NCBI GenBank assembly: GCA_964304625.1
Contig: OZ199838.1
Coordinates: forward strand, 13,803,002-13,867,001
Origin: Kudoa neothunni
Taxonomy: Eukaryota; Animalia; Cnidaria
Direction: 5' to 3'
Length of the DNA: 64,000 bases
Shown piece after piece: positions 38,801 to 52,270 of this stretch; the stretch's first letter is position 1; every line of letters begins with the position of its first letter. The notes beneath the pieces are model-generated. The model ran no database searches and was not told the origin of the DNA. It worked only from the letters and a program-made list of their open reading frames with translations. Both the position numbers and the translations under genes were made by a program.

Positions 38801-40305
38801 GGTTACACGTGGGAAGGAGAAAACTGGCCAATCTGTGCGCGTTGGAGTTAAAATGTCGGAACAACTTGGTGAACCTAAGTTTCGAATAATCAAAACTCAA
38901 AGAAATTCTGAGATGCTTTTTTATCAGAATTATTTTTACACTAAATATCATTCGGGTAAGACTTCACATTTCTGGAGATGTCAAAACAGGAAGTGCCCTG
39001 GAAAAATTTCTACGTCAACACTGGATCAAATTGATAAGTTTGAAATCGTCAAAGAACATAATCATATTTTATCCGACAACGATATTTCAAAGATGTTTTT
39101 TTCGGCCAATATTAAAAATTTATCGGAAATTAGTTCGTATTCCACCCATAAAGTCTATTCATTAGCAACAAGCAGTGTAAAATTGTGCGATCTACCAATC
39201 TTAAATAAAAATCACATCTACAAAAATATTCGAAATGTGAGAAAAAGAAATTCTATTGTAGTCGATTCTACAAAAAATTTGTTGGAACTTCAAATAAAGA
39301 CAATTCGTGGTCAAGATTTTTGCCTATTTGACTCAGGAGTGGAAACCCCAGATAGAATAGTACTATTAACTACTGATGAGAACCTCGAACATTTAAGAAA
39401 TTCAAGAGTGATGATTGCGGATGGTACCTTTAAGGTCTGCCCAAGAGAATTTCTTCAATTAATATGTTTATCCACTGGTATATATATTATTGAAAACGAA
39501 GAAAGAGGTTGATTATTTGAAGGCAATAAATATTATTAAAAGTAAATTTGATAATAGCTTCCCAGATTACATAATTATTGATTTCGAGGTGGCTGCATAT
39601 GTTGCTTTTAAAAAAGCAACAAAATCTAAGATATACTTTTGCCTATTTCACTTTGACCAATGTATTTTTAGAAAAATCCAAAATTTAGGCTTAGCTAATG
39701 ATTATAATCAGAATAATGAATTTAAATTTTTAGTTAAATGCCTGATCTCTATAGCATTTGTTCCACCTGAATATGTAGAAATGGAGTATCAGAAAGTTTT
39801 AAGAAAATCATTAAAATTTAAGAATATTAATCTTGTTTCGTTTTTCAACTGTTTTGAAAAAAATTTTCTAAAGAGGACCAAATATCCTATCGGATGTTGG
39901 AACGCATATGAAAGTGTTATGGAAGATATACCCTTAACTTCAAACAACGCAGAGACGTTTAACCGTCACTTTCGCGATAAATTTGATCAATGCCATCTAG
40001 GTCTTTCAACATTTTTTGAAAAATTAAAGGTTAATCAAAGTAATGTTGAGAATGACATCGAATGCCACATGCTTAATGTGACACGCATTACCGATACTAC
40101 GTATAAGCGAAAATTAGTCTTTCTTAAAGAAGTATGCAACAATTATCGTGCATATTATAATATGACATACATCCAACTTATAGCCAAAATATACGCTTGG
40201 AAATTAACTGATTAGCTTATGTATAGTTCATCTATTATCGTTCAAAATATTGTATGTTGGTCGCGCATGCGTACAAAGGGTTGACCAGTTTTCTCTTTAT
40301 GATCC
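38801..40305 (+). mobile_element. MULE transposon, FLYWCH + MULE DDE transposase (frameshift/deletion near 39490)
   Basis: FWRCQNRKC...EHNH; IADGTFKVCP; IIDFE; CLFHF; TSNNAETFN. Imperfect TIRs gagaaactggccaa / ttgaccagttttctc. Confidence 0.9.
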
Positions 40306-40730
40306 AGACCAAAAAGAAGAAAATATTGTTCGCATTTTAATGAAATTACCAATTTTATGAGTCACGGTGTGAAGTCAGATCACTTAGAAAGGGTTCGTAA
40401 ACTCTTTCTAACGTTAGACCCACGAGTATTGACTCAGGCAGATGTTTCACCTTGTGCAACCGTGTTATTTCCCGTTGAGAACAAAATTGAGCGACTCAAA
40501 CCGTGGAACCATTGTGTTTATTTATGAAAATAGAAATAATTAAATTTAAATTTGAGTCATGAGATTTTTTGTTATGTGTTCAAAAAAGCTTTATCGTAAA
40601 ATATTTATAATCATTTATAAATGCAGTACAAAACAATTTAAATAATTAAATTAATTAAAACAATAAAAGTTAATATAGGATTTAATGCAGTTGTAAAATA
40701 ATTTAAAACTTTGTTTTTACTGCATATTTA

Positions 40731-41938
40731 ATCCTCTAAGGACTTTGGAGTTTTTTGGACCCCAAACCATAATTAATTTATCCAGTATTATGTATGTAAT
40801 AATCAGAAATTCGTTAAATTCTATCTAATCTCTTAACTTTCAATATTGTTAATTATTTGAAAATCTTAAGTTGAGTGAATAAAAATTAGCTGTAGGAAAA
40901 GAATTATCCTCTAAGGACTTTGAGGTCCAATGGACCCCACGACGTTTTGTGGTCAATATGTTTTAAAAATAAATAAAAATATAGCTATACAAGTATTATT
41001 CATTTTTCTCGCATAAAAACTTATAAATATGGTACAAGTTTAATTAATGTTTACTTTTCGTAATGATTTAATTATTCACACGTGACCGTTAATTAAAATA
41101 GGTATGGTAAACTTTCACTTACACTTAAAAAATAAATTTGTTGAATCATAAAAAATAAATATAATCTATTTTAACATATTTAATAACTAAATCCAATCCT
41201 CTTTTAAATGAAATCTTCCAAAAATTGATACATTCGATTATTTATTCACAAATTATTTTTGTGAAAAAGATGAAAAGCAATGTAACATACTTTTAACGTG
41301 CTGAGTACAATGGCACATAGGACCAGGCGCTTTTTAATGTTATTCACTGCACCGATCCTTGATGTTATCGGTTTACTAAAACCCCATATAACACCACTTT
41401 TACTGATTATTAGGTCTTCAGTATTCCCATATTCCACTGATTCAATTGACGTTTCAGATAATTTCGTACCGTTTTCTTCAAATTCATTTCCCAAAGATTG
41501 AAATTCATCTAGCCACTCATCAGTTTCGCCCATTTTTTATGCAAGCAGCTGGGGCCCCCGCGTGTCATTATTTGAACAGAATAACATCCTGCTGTTGAAC
41601 AATAATTTAAAATATTAAATTGAATATTTTGATGTCAAAAATAATTAATCATTAATTCAAATCATTTTAATTGTTTATTTCTCAAAAATCTAAGATTATT
41701 CAGAAACGGTTTTATATAACGATTACTTGCGATATAATCCGGAACAGTATCGAGGAGAATATAACGGATTAATTACTCAAATGATCAGTTCTTTCCTTCA
41801 AATTTAGTCCATGGAAATTTTTAAACTGAATAAAGTGATATATCTATATTTATTAAGTTTATTCATCAAGTAAAAAACTGGGGTCTTTTGGACCCCAAAA
41901 GTCTTTGGAGGATGGTCGTTTTCACTGACCTTAGAGGG
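40731..41938 (-). mobile_element. Non-autonomous piggyBac derivative
   Basis: TTAA-flanked ends TCCTCTAAGG / CCTTAGAGGG; repeated ggggtc...gacccc subterminal palindromes; PGBD N-terminal-like ORF 41246-41533 (SKSGVIW). Confidence 0.75.
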
Positions 41939-42424
41939 TTAAACAAAGAACGACAAAAATAAGATTTCAATCAATCACGTTTTTAAATATTTTTTGCGCG
42001 AATAAAATTGACATTCGTAATTAGAAAAATTATTTACAAAACCGAATCGTCTTAGCGATCACTGTTTTCTGTTCAAATCTTCAATACAATTAATAATTAA
42101 ATATATATGGTTTGGTTTATAAAAAAAATTTTTTTCGTGCATGTCGTGCCGATAAATAATTTTCAGAAATGGATTTGACCCCTAGTCTGATGGATACCTA
42201 GCAACAGTATGGATCTAATGGATCACATATATATAATATCCTATACCAGGCCAATTACTATGATTAACACCAATGAAACATCGAAAATATACACATACGC
42301 AGAAAAGAAAATCTATGAAAGAATAAAATTTTGTGAATATGTATATTTCATTTTGACAGAGATATGAAACAATATATTTTAAGATTCTTATAGTTGTGAA
42401 ACCCTGCTAACCTGCTTTGTATTA

Positions 42425-42776
42425 TTAGATTTTGACTTTTTGATGAAAGTCCAGTTTTTTTTGAAAGACATTAATAAAGTAGAAAAAGATAGAACCAGAA
42501 AAATAACAATTCCAACAGATATGTAGGTAATTTTCAAACCAACGTTCGTCTTTGGAGGCTCGGTTCGCGGAGTTGTCTTTGATATATAGCTTGAAGAACG
42601 TATCGTAGAGAAGAAACCTTAAATTATAAACACAATAATTTTTAATTTAAAATAACAACACGGAAACAGAGTTTTAAAAATAATTGGGTCAATTATCTCG
42701 ATATTATATTTTAAAAATTGCCTGTTGATGAAGGTTCTTCTGGTGTTATATCAATACTTTGAGATGTTTCTGACAT
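42425..42776 (-). CDS. Small single-pass membrane protein with Ser/Thr/Pro-rich N-terminus, or the 3' end of a larger gene
   Basis: MSETSQSIDITPEEPSST|GFFSTIRSSSYISKTTPRTEPPKTNVGLKITYISVGIVIFLVLSFSTFINVFQKK...*; acceptor at 42618-42619. Confidence 0.45.
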
Positions 42777-43074
42777 ATATGGAACCTAAATTTCGAAATA
42801 AATTATTGGAAAAAATTAAATATAATTTTTAGGCGCTTCTCAAATTTTATTGTTTTCACAACTTTATGAAACTCATTCAAAGTTAGCAATTAGAATGCAA
42901 TCTCAAATTCAATTTTAAATGTAAAGTAATAATCGTAGACAAGCAAACAACGCAGAAAACTAATTTAAATACAATAAGAAACCAATTCACGCACTTGCGC
43001 GCGCCACGATTTCAGAAAAAATTGGCATTTAATAATCATTAAATTGCGTTTATAAAAGCTAGGTAACTATATAT

Positions 43075-43820
43075 TAATTTTTAAACGACAATTAAAACTC
43101 GCGAAACATGTTAACAGCACAAAAATATTTTTCAACGATCTATGAAATATTCTTCTTGTTGCTATCAGTAGAATCATTCAGTTTCGTCTACATTGTAAAT
43201 AAAATTTTCAGAGTATCTTTTAAAAAATGTTCTGATTTGATTGGTATACTATGAAGTAGTTTTAGGTGTAGCATCAGCAGATTAGCTAATAAAATTTTAT
43301 TTTTTAATGTTGGACCTTTTTTAAAACAACTGAATCCTCAAAGAATTGCACACGAAGGTAAACCTTTTTCTTTGGATAATTGATTTCTCTGGATGATCAT
43401 CGCGACGACGCTTACTACAATCTTTCTGCTTTGTGTCCACCCAATTCACTCATATACATCTTCATCAACAGAATTAAATTGTCCTGCACGTAAATAATTT
43501 CTATCTTTAGATTCTGCAAATATTTATAGGTTTTGATTATTTTATTTTTCATCTCTAGGATTCCACTAGGAGTCAAGATAATAAATATTTAAAAATGCGA
43601 TACATTCGCAGTTTTATGACATTGAATATTGACTTAACTAAATAATAAACAAAAAGTACCCGAAAAAAGTGCGTGAAATTGACCGATCGCGTGACTTTTA
43701 GTCCCGTTATTTAGCAACTTTTTAAAATAATTTTTATACAAATTTTGATTGAAACATTATATAAACAATGAAAAATCAGCATTCTAACTAAATAGGTTTT
43801 TAAAAAGTGCGTGAAATTGG
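43075..43820 (-). mobile_element. Decayed pogo/Tigger transposase remnant, copy 1
   Basis: CENP-B HTH-like GQFNSVDEDVYE(W) and LKRYSENFIYNVDETE; a second copy lies at ~63010-63690. Confidence 0.7.
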
Positions 43821-44972
43821 TTATTTACTGCATACTTTCCATTAATACAAAGTTTTTATTGAGACACAACTATCTGAATTTTAAAAAGAATTCAAAAATC
43901 GGATAATTATGTTAAATATTAAATAAGCCGTAAGTTACCATTCACAGCTTTTTAAAACATCATTGGCATCATTATAAAAGTGCGAACAAAGGAGTAACAA
44001 TTAACATTTATATTTCGGAGGCATCTTAGGTTGATTTTATTTTTTTATCGTTTGTAGACTAATAATAAATTTTATAGCTAGGCGGATTAATTTTTATCTC
44101 AAAATTTTGAAAAGGGCTGAAAGTCCTATTTAAGTTACTTAATGATTTTGTTTAATAAATAAATGAACATTAATCGTTGATTATATTGCTTGTAAAATTA
44201 AGGTCATTATATTTTTGGTCAACAATCTGTAAAATAAACTTAAAAATACTTATTAATTTCTCTCAATAACTCTATTTATATTTGAATGAAAGTGCGCGAA
44301 TAATTTTGTTTTTCTAAAGCATCACATTGCAAAAATAATGGCAAGTTTAAAAATGCAACAATTAAAATATAAAAGTAAAATTTACAGAGTTAAACGTGCG
44401 AATTAGATTAAATCTTCCTTAGAATTTCTCCATTCGAAAATAAAACTAAAGTTAAAATTTTTCATCACATAATAACAGGCAAAGCTGGGCATTATCGCTA
44501 GTGATATAATATTTGTAATAAACGGGGACTATTATTAATTTAATTAAAAAAAATATTGAATTAAAATTGTCTTTATATAGTCAGTGACCGGTTTTGCGTA
44601 ATTCCCTCGGGACAAAAAATGTGGAAAATTGGTCACGCCAAGTTTTATGCACTTTCGGCGCTCGTCGCACAAACAGTTATTCAATTATTTATTAACCCCT
44701 CCGATACCAAGTGGGGTATATTTGATGCCCACACAAGGTAATTTCATCCTAATTCGTAACAGGCTCATTATATTCCCTTGAAATTTTGTGAATGCTTTCC
44801 TGATGATCTGTTACATTAATAGACAAAAATTTAAACCAATATTTAATTTTTAACGAGAAGTTTGGTTTTAAATTATTAAATGGTCGGATGACTTTGTCAA
44901 TTAAAATTTATGTTGATACTGCAAACTATTAAATTATAAATTTTTTTGAATATGTAAAATATATTTACCATC

Positions 44973-46607
44973 GGTAATATGAGAGTATGTGACAGTAAAT
45001 TTTAGCGTGGTTGCGCATCCTCTAAATACCCGATTTATATAGAGTTTAATTTTATACATTTTTTAAATATTGAATGGTAAAGAAATTACGCAAAAAATTA
45101 TTAAACAAAAAAATCGTTATTTTATGCATCGTGAACAATCGTTGGCGGCGAAACCACAATCGGCGTTTGTCGTTTCAGTTTATTGTCAACTTTATAAACG
45201 TTAGAACAACTCTATTCTTACATAATAATTTTTCATTTTTAGTTCGAAATTTAATGAAACAGTCTTATCAGTTTCATATAATTCCTCGATTAATATTTTT
45301 TGGGCGCATCATCATAGCGTGAGTAATATTCAGGTGTATTGTATCACAGCTCAGAGAAAGTTTTATAAACTTTTAAATGATACCGACAGCCTGATAATAT
45401 TTTTGAGACTCCAAAATCCCCCAGATCGTTGTTCTAATTGCCATCGCTACAATACAATGGTTATATGTAAGAGAAAAAGGCGAAACGTGAATATGAGTCC
45501 ATCAACATTAAGGAATGGAGATGAAGATATCCACTTACCATATAGATGCAAAAAGTATATAAAATATAAGTCTCGAACTAAGTATTCTTAGAAATGATTG
45601 TAAAACCTACTTTTCCGCAAGAAACTACATTTTTTTGATTAAAAGGCATGGGTGGTCACAACGTCTCCAAATTTACGACTAGGGATATTTTCGAGTTGAT
45701 TTACATGCGGTCAGTAGAAGTCAATCATACTTCTACAGTTTTTTGACTGGAATTAGCGAGAAAGCAGTAACCTTTCGGTTTGACCGCTTCAAATAAATTT
45801 ACAGCAATCTTTTTCAAAGTCGCTCTAAATTGGGAAAAGAAGGGACCATCATTGAGATCGATGAGACGCTTTTAGGAGGCAGAAGAACAAGATGATTTGA
45901 GCACCAGCACCAACCGAGAGAAATATAACAACAGAATCAATGGACCTTAGGTTTTAGGCGTCTGCGAATGTTCGGTCGATAACAATCAAAAAAGAAGCGT
46001 AATAGAATCTCGAATTTTTATTGTGGAAAAGAGAAATATAGAAACACTTATCCCAATAATTTTAAATGAAGTTAAGACGGGCACTTCTATTTATACAGAT
46101 AAATGATTGGCTTATCAGCCTTTGTCCACATATGGTTATCATCATCATAGGATCAACCATAAATTGGAATACGTTTCCGAAGATGGCTCACACACAAATA
46201 CTGTTGAAGTGGTGTGGCATCATATAAAACTAAGATTATTCGCCATATGTGCATTGATGGGCACACATGCAAACAAGAGGAGACAAATATGGTGCTCTGT
46301 ATTTATATGTATCACAATATATGGGCTTTCATGTTAAATAAACGAATTTGTTGGCGGTTCTCCCGCTTCGAATCGAGAATCGACCATTAACAATATAGCC
46401 GAATAGGCACGAATGGTTTTAATAGGTATAATAATGCCAACGATTGGTTACGATTAATAAAATACCAATTTTTTGTTTAATAATTTTTAGCGTAATTTCT
46501 TCGCCACTCAATATTTAAAAATGTATAAAATTAAACTGTATATAAATCGGGTATCTAGAGGATACGAAACCACGCTAAATTTTACTGTTACATACTCCCC
46601 GATTTCC
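44973..46607 (+). mobile_element. Merlin (IS1595-like) transposon, second family
   Basis: ~170-bp TIRs starting GGTAATATGAGAGTATG; near-TSD tttaccat/tttatcat. Motifs IEIDET, GP(W)VLG, TLIPII, INHKLEYVSEDGSHTNTVE. Confidence 0.88.
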
Positions 46608-48590
46608 TTTATCATAACATTTCCAGTAAAGGCTAGATATTTCCAATCTGAAATCATGAGATAAAGATTAGCGAAAATTAATCCACATGTAACGTGGTCT
46701 TTCGATTGTTGTTGACTTGCATTGTGCTGGAGAACAAATCGAGTTAATTTATTTCGGAAAAATTCGACAATTTGTATATTTTTTTAAACTTAGTTATGGC
46801 ATCCAATAAAAGTTACTATAATCATACAGAAAAACTTACAGGGGATTTCTCGTCAACAGACCAAGATAGCAGTTCTGAGTATGAAGTATCTGAATCTGAC
46901 CACTCATTTTGTGGAGATTTTCTCGAAAGAGATACTTCTGGTGATGGAAGAAAAATATCAGGAGATAGTGACCGCTTGCCTACAAATGAAAATACTAACT
47001 CAGTCTTGGTGTCGAAGTCTGGTATTGAATGGAATACGATGAGTCGTATAGGAACAAAATGCCGCTCCCACAAATTTGTTACTTCGTCTTCGAATATTCG
47101 TGAAGAGGCTAAAAATGTTACAAACATTTCGGAATCATTCAAGCTATTTATTTCAGAAAATATCGTAAACAAAATTATAATCCAAACTAATAATTGTTGC
47201 CGGGAAACTACTACCTCAAACACTGATGACAAAACACATGAGGAGATGGAAACGTTTATAAGCATTTTGATTACTGCAGGACGTTGTAACCGACGGATGC
47301 TCTCTCTTCGAAATGTATGGGATACCAATCCACTGTTCAATTAATTCTTCTTTCCCATTTTATTGTCCAGAAACAGATTCCATTACATATATCGAAAAAT
47401 TCGCTTTGATAACAAAACCACAAGATTTCAACGAAATAAAAAATCGAAAGATAAATTTGAAGCTATTAGAAAAGTCTTCAAGCTTTTTAATGAGAACCGT
47501 CTTAAATACTACTCTCGGGGACCATATATAACTGTTGATGAGCGTCTTGTTCGTTTTAAAGGTAGATGCCCTTTTCGCGTATATATGAAAAACAAGCCTG
47601 GGCGCTATGGAATCAAATTGTAGGCTGCTGCTGCTGCTGCTGATTCTGAAAACTCCTATATGTTTAATATTCAGCCGTATATCGGAAAAATAAATAGAAC
47701 ACGCGAAATCAATCAAGGCCAAAGGGTTGTCACACAACCCGTTTCACCATTCGATGGAACCGGTAGAGGTGTCACTGTTGACAACCTTTTTACCTCAGTC
47801 ACTCTAGCGGAAAAATTGCTGGAAAATAACATCACCCTAACAGGAACTATCCGATCCAATAAACCGGAGATTCCTAAGGAATTTTTGAAATCTTCAGAGT
47901 GGGAAGTCTTGTCTTCCATTTTTTGCTTCCTTGGGAACCTAACCTTAGTTTTATATGTACCCCCAAAAAATTATGCCATCAATCTTCTATCAACTGAGCA
48001 CCATGAATCGTCAATAGAAAATGACCCATGAAAACGTCCGCTGATTATTCTCCATTATAATAAGACAAAAGGCGGGGTTGACAATGCCAACAAGATGACT
48101 TTGCCGTATTCATGTGCTAGACCAACCCGTAGGTGGCCATTGATAATTTTTATGGATATTATAGACATAGCCACATTGAATGCGTACATTGAATGGAAAG
48201 AAAGATACCCAGAATGGAGGAAGAATGACAGAAGTAAGAGGCAATATTTCCTTCGTCAATTTGCCGTGGACTTAGCAAAAATAATGTCATACGTCGGCAA
48301 CAACAATCTATCAACCTGCCTACCTATATAAAATGTGGTTTTCAAATGTTTGAAAAGTCCGATTCCATTGATTTTCACCTTCTGGATAATATGAATATTG
48401 GTCGAAATCAGATAAGAAACTAAGACAAAAAGATCAACATCACTTGTTTTACTTGTAATAAATGCGTTTGTTTCAATCATAGAAAACGGAAAGAACAGCA
48501 CGTTGTCCCAATTATACTGACTAATACAATCATAATATTTTGGTAGTTTTTCAGAATTTGATTTATCCAGGAACTGACGTATAATAATTA

Positions 48591-50185
48591 CAGTATTTCA
48601 AGACCTAAACGCAATCAGCGCGCAGCGATAATCGTTATGTCGGGTCAAAATGCAACCCCATGGAAAAATGTCCAAAAAAGGAAATATCGTCTTAAGTGAT
48701 TATATGAAACAAATGGTAGTTTCACTAGCTGAAGTTCATAATCTTTTTTGTATAATTTCAAATTATTTTTAGGATTGATACTCTAACGAATACATTGCCA
48801 AGAAAATGGGTGTACATAAATCAACCATTGGGCGAATTTTGAAGCAAAAATCGATGGATACGGAATTACGTGCACCAAAAAAAAAAGGGGTAACAGACAG
48901 TCAAAATTGACTGAAACCCATAAATTATACATCCGCGAACTTTTGGACAAGGATTGTACCATAACATTAAATTTTATTACCGAGAAAGTTCTAGAATATT
49001 TTTGTATTAATGTTTCTCGTCAAACAATTCGCAATTGTTTGAGAGATTTCCATTATACCCCTAGGAAGAAATTCTCGGGATTGTATTGAAACGAGAAAAA
49101 GGTCTATTGTCATTTTAAAAAATTGCTTAAAAATGAATAGATACGTGCTACAATATCTTGAATTGAAACCTCGTCATTCTACTGCCATCTATATAGATGA
49201 ATCGGGCTTTTCTTTGTCAATGAGAAGAACGTTTAGATGAGCACTTTCAGGGTCAAGAGCGAATCTGAAAGTGAAAAGCACTCGCTCTAAAAATATTACT
49301 TTAATCGCGGCAATAAGCCCGGAACGAGTGTGGACATTCCACATAGAAAATGGAACTGTCAACCAACATGTTTTTTATATTTTCATCGATAAACTATTTT
49401 CCGACTTAAGCCGCAATGGAGTTGATAACGCCTTATTAATAATGGACAATGTGAGATTCCACAAAACGGATCTAGTAAGGAATCAAATTCAATCCACAAA
49501 CCCAAGGTTATTATTTCTTCGACCATACTCTCCGTTCCTCAATCCTATTGAGGAGTTCTTCCATCGAATTAAGTCCTTTGTAAAAAACAAGGGACCATCT
49601 AATCAAGAGGAATTGATCAACGCAATTATGGCTAGCTCGGATGGAGTTTCTAGTGACCAACTACAAAATTATGCAAATCATGCGGAATCCTATTTCGCAG
49701 CATGTATTAATTCGGAAGGAATTAACAATTAGATTAACTTTAAATTGTGCCAAAAACATGAAGTTTAAATTGATTCCAATTAATATTTCATTTTTGTTTT
49801 TGTATGTCAATAAGATTACAAATTTAAAAGTGGTAATTAAAGAAGCAGTAAAATCTTACATTGAAATAGTATATTTTTGAGAAGCGTAAGTATTGAAAAT
49901 GACACCATGATTAAATCGATGTCAAAAATGAATAAAAATTTAATTCTTTTGTGTATTTTAAATAGATATGAATAAACTCTATGAGTGAAAAAAAATTATT
50001 TGATGCAAATCGTTAATAATTTGTATAAAATTCGAAATATTATTCACTCTACCATCACTAACCATGTAGAATATTGTCAACAAATATTTTCATTTGTTAC
50101 AAATTAAATCTAAAAATAAATAAGTTGTTTATTTAAAAAATTGCATTTTGATTCGACGCAGTTGCATTTAGGTCTGGAAATACTG
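48591..50185 (+). mobile_element. Tc1/IS630-like DD34E transposon with two candidate 39-nt introns
   Basis: TA TSD; TIR CAGTATTTC.AGACCTAAA.GCAA. Motifs IYIDESGF, IMDNVRFH, PYSPFLNPIEE, with 34 residues between D2 and E. Confidence 0.92.
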
Positions 50186-50825
50186 TACTTTGTGGGAGAT
50201 GCGGTGCCGCCAAAAATTATTCAATTAATTAAAATTATTTAAATATAAAATTATACTAATTTGTTAACTAACTGTGCGAAAATAATGCATGTCCCTGATA
50301 GAATAATAGACATTACTATTGACAAGAGCTTCTTAACTGTGGGTGTAAGAATTCATTCTTGTTATATACCTTGAAAGTTTTCACAATTAAATTCTAATTT
50401 TTTGACCATGGTCACCCCAATATGAACATTGATTTGAAAATATTTGCTTCAATTTGTTACCGATGCGCTGGTGTTTAATTATTTCAATATAACAGCCAAA
50501 ATTTTTTCAAAATTATGCTTTTTCATCACATATTTAAAAAATAAATACGACATCATAATTTAGGTAGTTATGAATATAATGAAGAAAAGTAGGTTCTACG
50601 AAATAACTTATTTAATAATTTAAATTATAATTGAGTTTACGTGCAGAAATCATATAAAATTTATAAAGGAACGATGAGAACTGTTTAAATTAGAACGTGG
50701 AAATGGTTTATGGTAAAACTCCTCCGCAACAAATAAAAAATTCTTTCTGAATTTTTATTAAGTTGTTGCTTTTTTATAATACATGTTTGATACTTAACAT
50801 TTAAATGTAAAATTCATTTCACAAT

Positions 50826-51200
50826 TTAATGCAGTCTGGGGATGAATATTATCTTGTAGAGAGTGGGAGTAGGGTTTTCAGATGAAGGCGCTGCCTTAGC
50901 CAAACTAATCTTATACACCGATGCCGCCCGAACATTTTGATTATAATGGCGGTGGGCTGCTTTCTCAATAAATGTGGCCGTCATATTATAAATCGGGTGT
51001 TTTGCTGAACTCGGAACTGCACAATATTTGATAAAATTTACAAATAGCATTTATTTTGGCGTATTTTGATATTCATGTTATAGTTTCACAATCGACCAAG
51101 CAGGTTGTTCGATGGCCAGTTACTAGCGCTGATATATTGAGTTTTGATGAGTTGAAATATCTTAGAAATATGTTTTAAGTAGCTTCGAGTTGTTTAAACA
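50826..51200 (-). mobile_element. Probable 3' remnant of a non-LTR (LINE) retrotransposon
   Basis: GC-richer island; KQLEAT.NIFLRY and ...LYKIIFIPRL resemble LINE ORF2 C-terminal LE.VQR.FLR and R...SFIP motifs. Confidence 0.4.
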
Positions 51201-52270
51201 ATAAAAAATAACTTCTAAACTGATTTCTATTGGGGTCTCTCAGGGACCCATGGGCACACACGGAATTTTTTGAGCTCGGTACTGGAGGAATTGAGTAACA
51301 TAGTTAAAATGAAAAAATTTTGGTATAAACGTTTAATCTTTTTTAAATAAAAATACAGTCGTTAACTGGGTTTGAATAATCCCTTCAGAATCATGGAAAA
51401 AATGTGTGTGAAATTGGTAACGTCCATTTTTAAGCATTTATTAACGTGCGCATATAATATTCGTAGCTATTTAATATAATTGAATTGCATACATTTAAGA
51501 AACAAATAATTTCTTTAACTCAGAAATAAAATAATTAGTTATTTTGATCACAAAAAATTCCTCCACACATTTTGAAATATAGCTTTCATCAACCCGATTA
51601 TGACCGATCGATCCTTTTTTGTCAAACTTGGATAATTTTTTAAACTCATTTCAATAAATTCGGAAATGATGACAATAATTAGTTTGTATTCAATCTTTAA
51701 ACAATTTATTTTGTTTAAGGTGCCATAGGGGTTGGATATGAAGGATATGCTTGGTAATTTATAATTACAAATTTAGTAGCTTTTGGGGAGATACTATGGA
51801 CGTATTTTATTATATGTTTGTATTTGATTTTTTTTCATTTCATTTAAATATTTTGAACATTAGAAAAATTCATCTATTTTTTTAAATAACATTTCGAAAA
51901 AATGCATAAAACCGACTAGTCACGTGATACTCAACCTGGAAATTTGTCAACTTTCTTATATTATTTAAATCCAAATTATTTAATAAAAACATTCAAAAAA
52001 TATATATCAATTGTACATTTGATTATTCAAATTGTGTTGCCTTTTCAAAAGTATGTAAAACCGGTCACTGACTGTAGTTTATTTTATTATAATCAGTTCA
52101 TTTTTACTTGACAAATTCTAATCTTTAGTTATATTTACTTTGTGATTTTTAAATTAAAGGTATGTTATTTTATATGTAAATCTAACCAAAGTTATAACAT
52201 TAAATTAAAAGGTTGCATTAAAAATTAAGTAAACTATGCATTATTAGCAATATGCGTTATTTTCTAGAAT

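Larger units (their letters stand above)
44696..51292 (+). mobile_element. piggyBac (PGBD4-like), transposase pseudogene ~46797-48520, carrying nested insertions
   Basis: Left end TTAA+CCCCTCCGATACC, right end cggtactggagg. DDD motifs TVDERL, VTVDNLFTS, KGGVDN; MSRNRF; stops and frameshifts. Confidence 0.85.
44578..52074. mobile_element. Tc1/mariner-type TIR element forming the outer shell of a nested TE cluster
   Basis: TA-flanked TIRs (C/T)AGTCAGTGACCGGTTTT at 44578 and AAAACCGGTCACTGACTG ending 52074. Confidence 0.75.

Noticed and set aside
47624-47642. (GCT)n run in the piggyBac transposase as a functional repeat
   Set aside because: Short slippage expansion in an already inactivated pseudogene.
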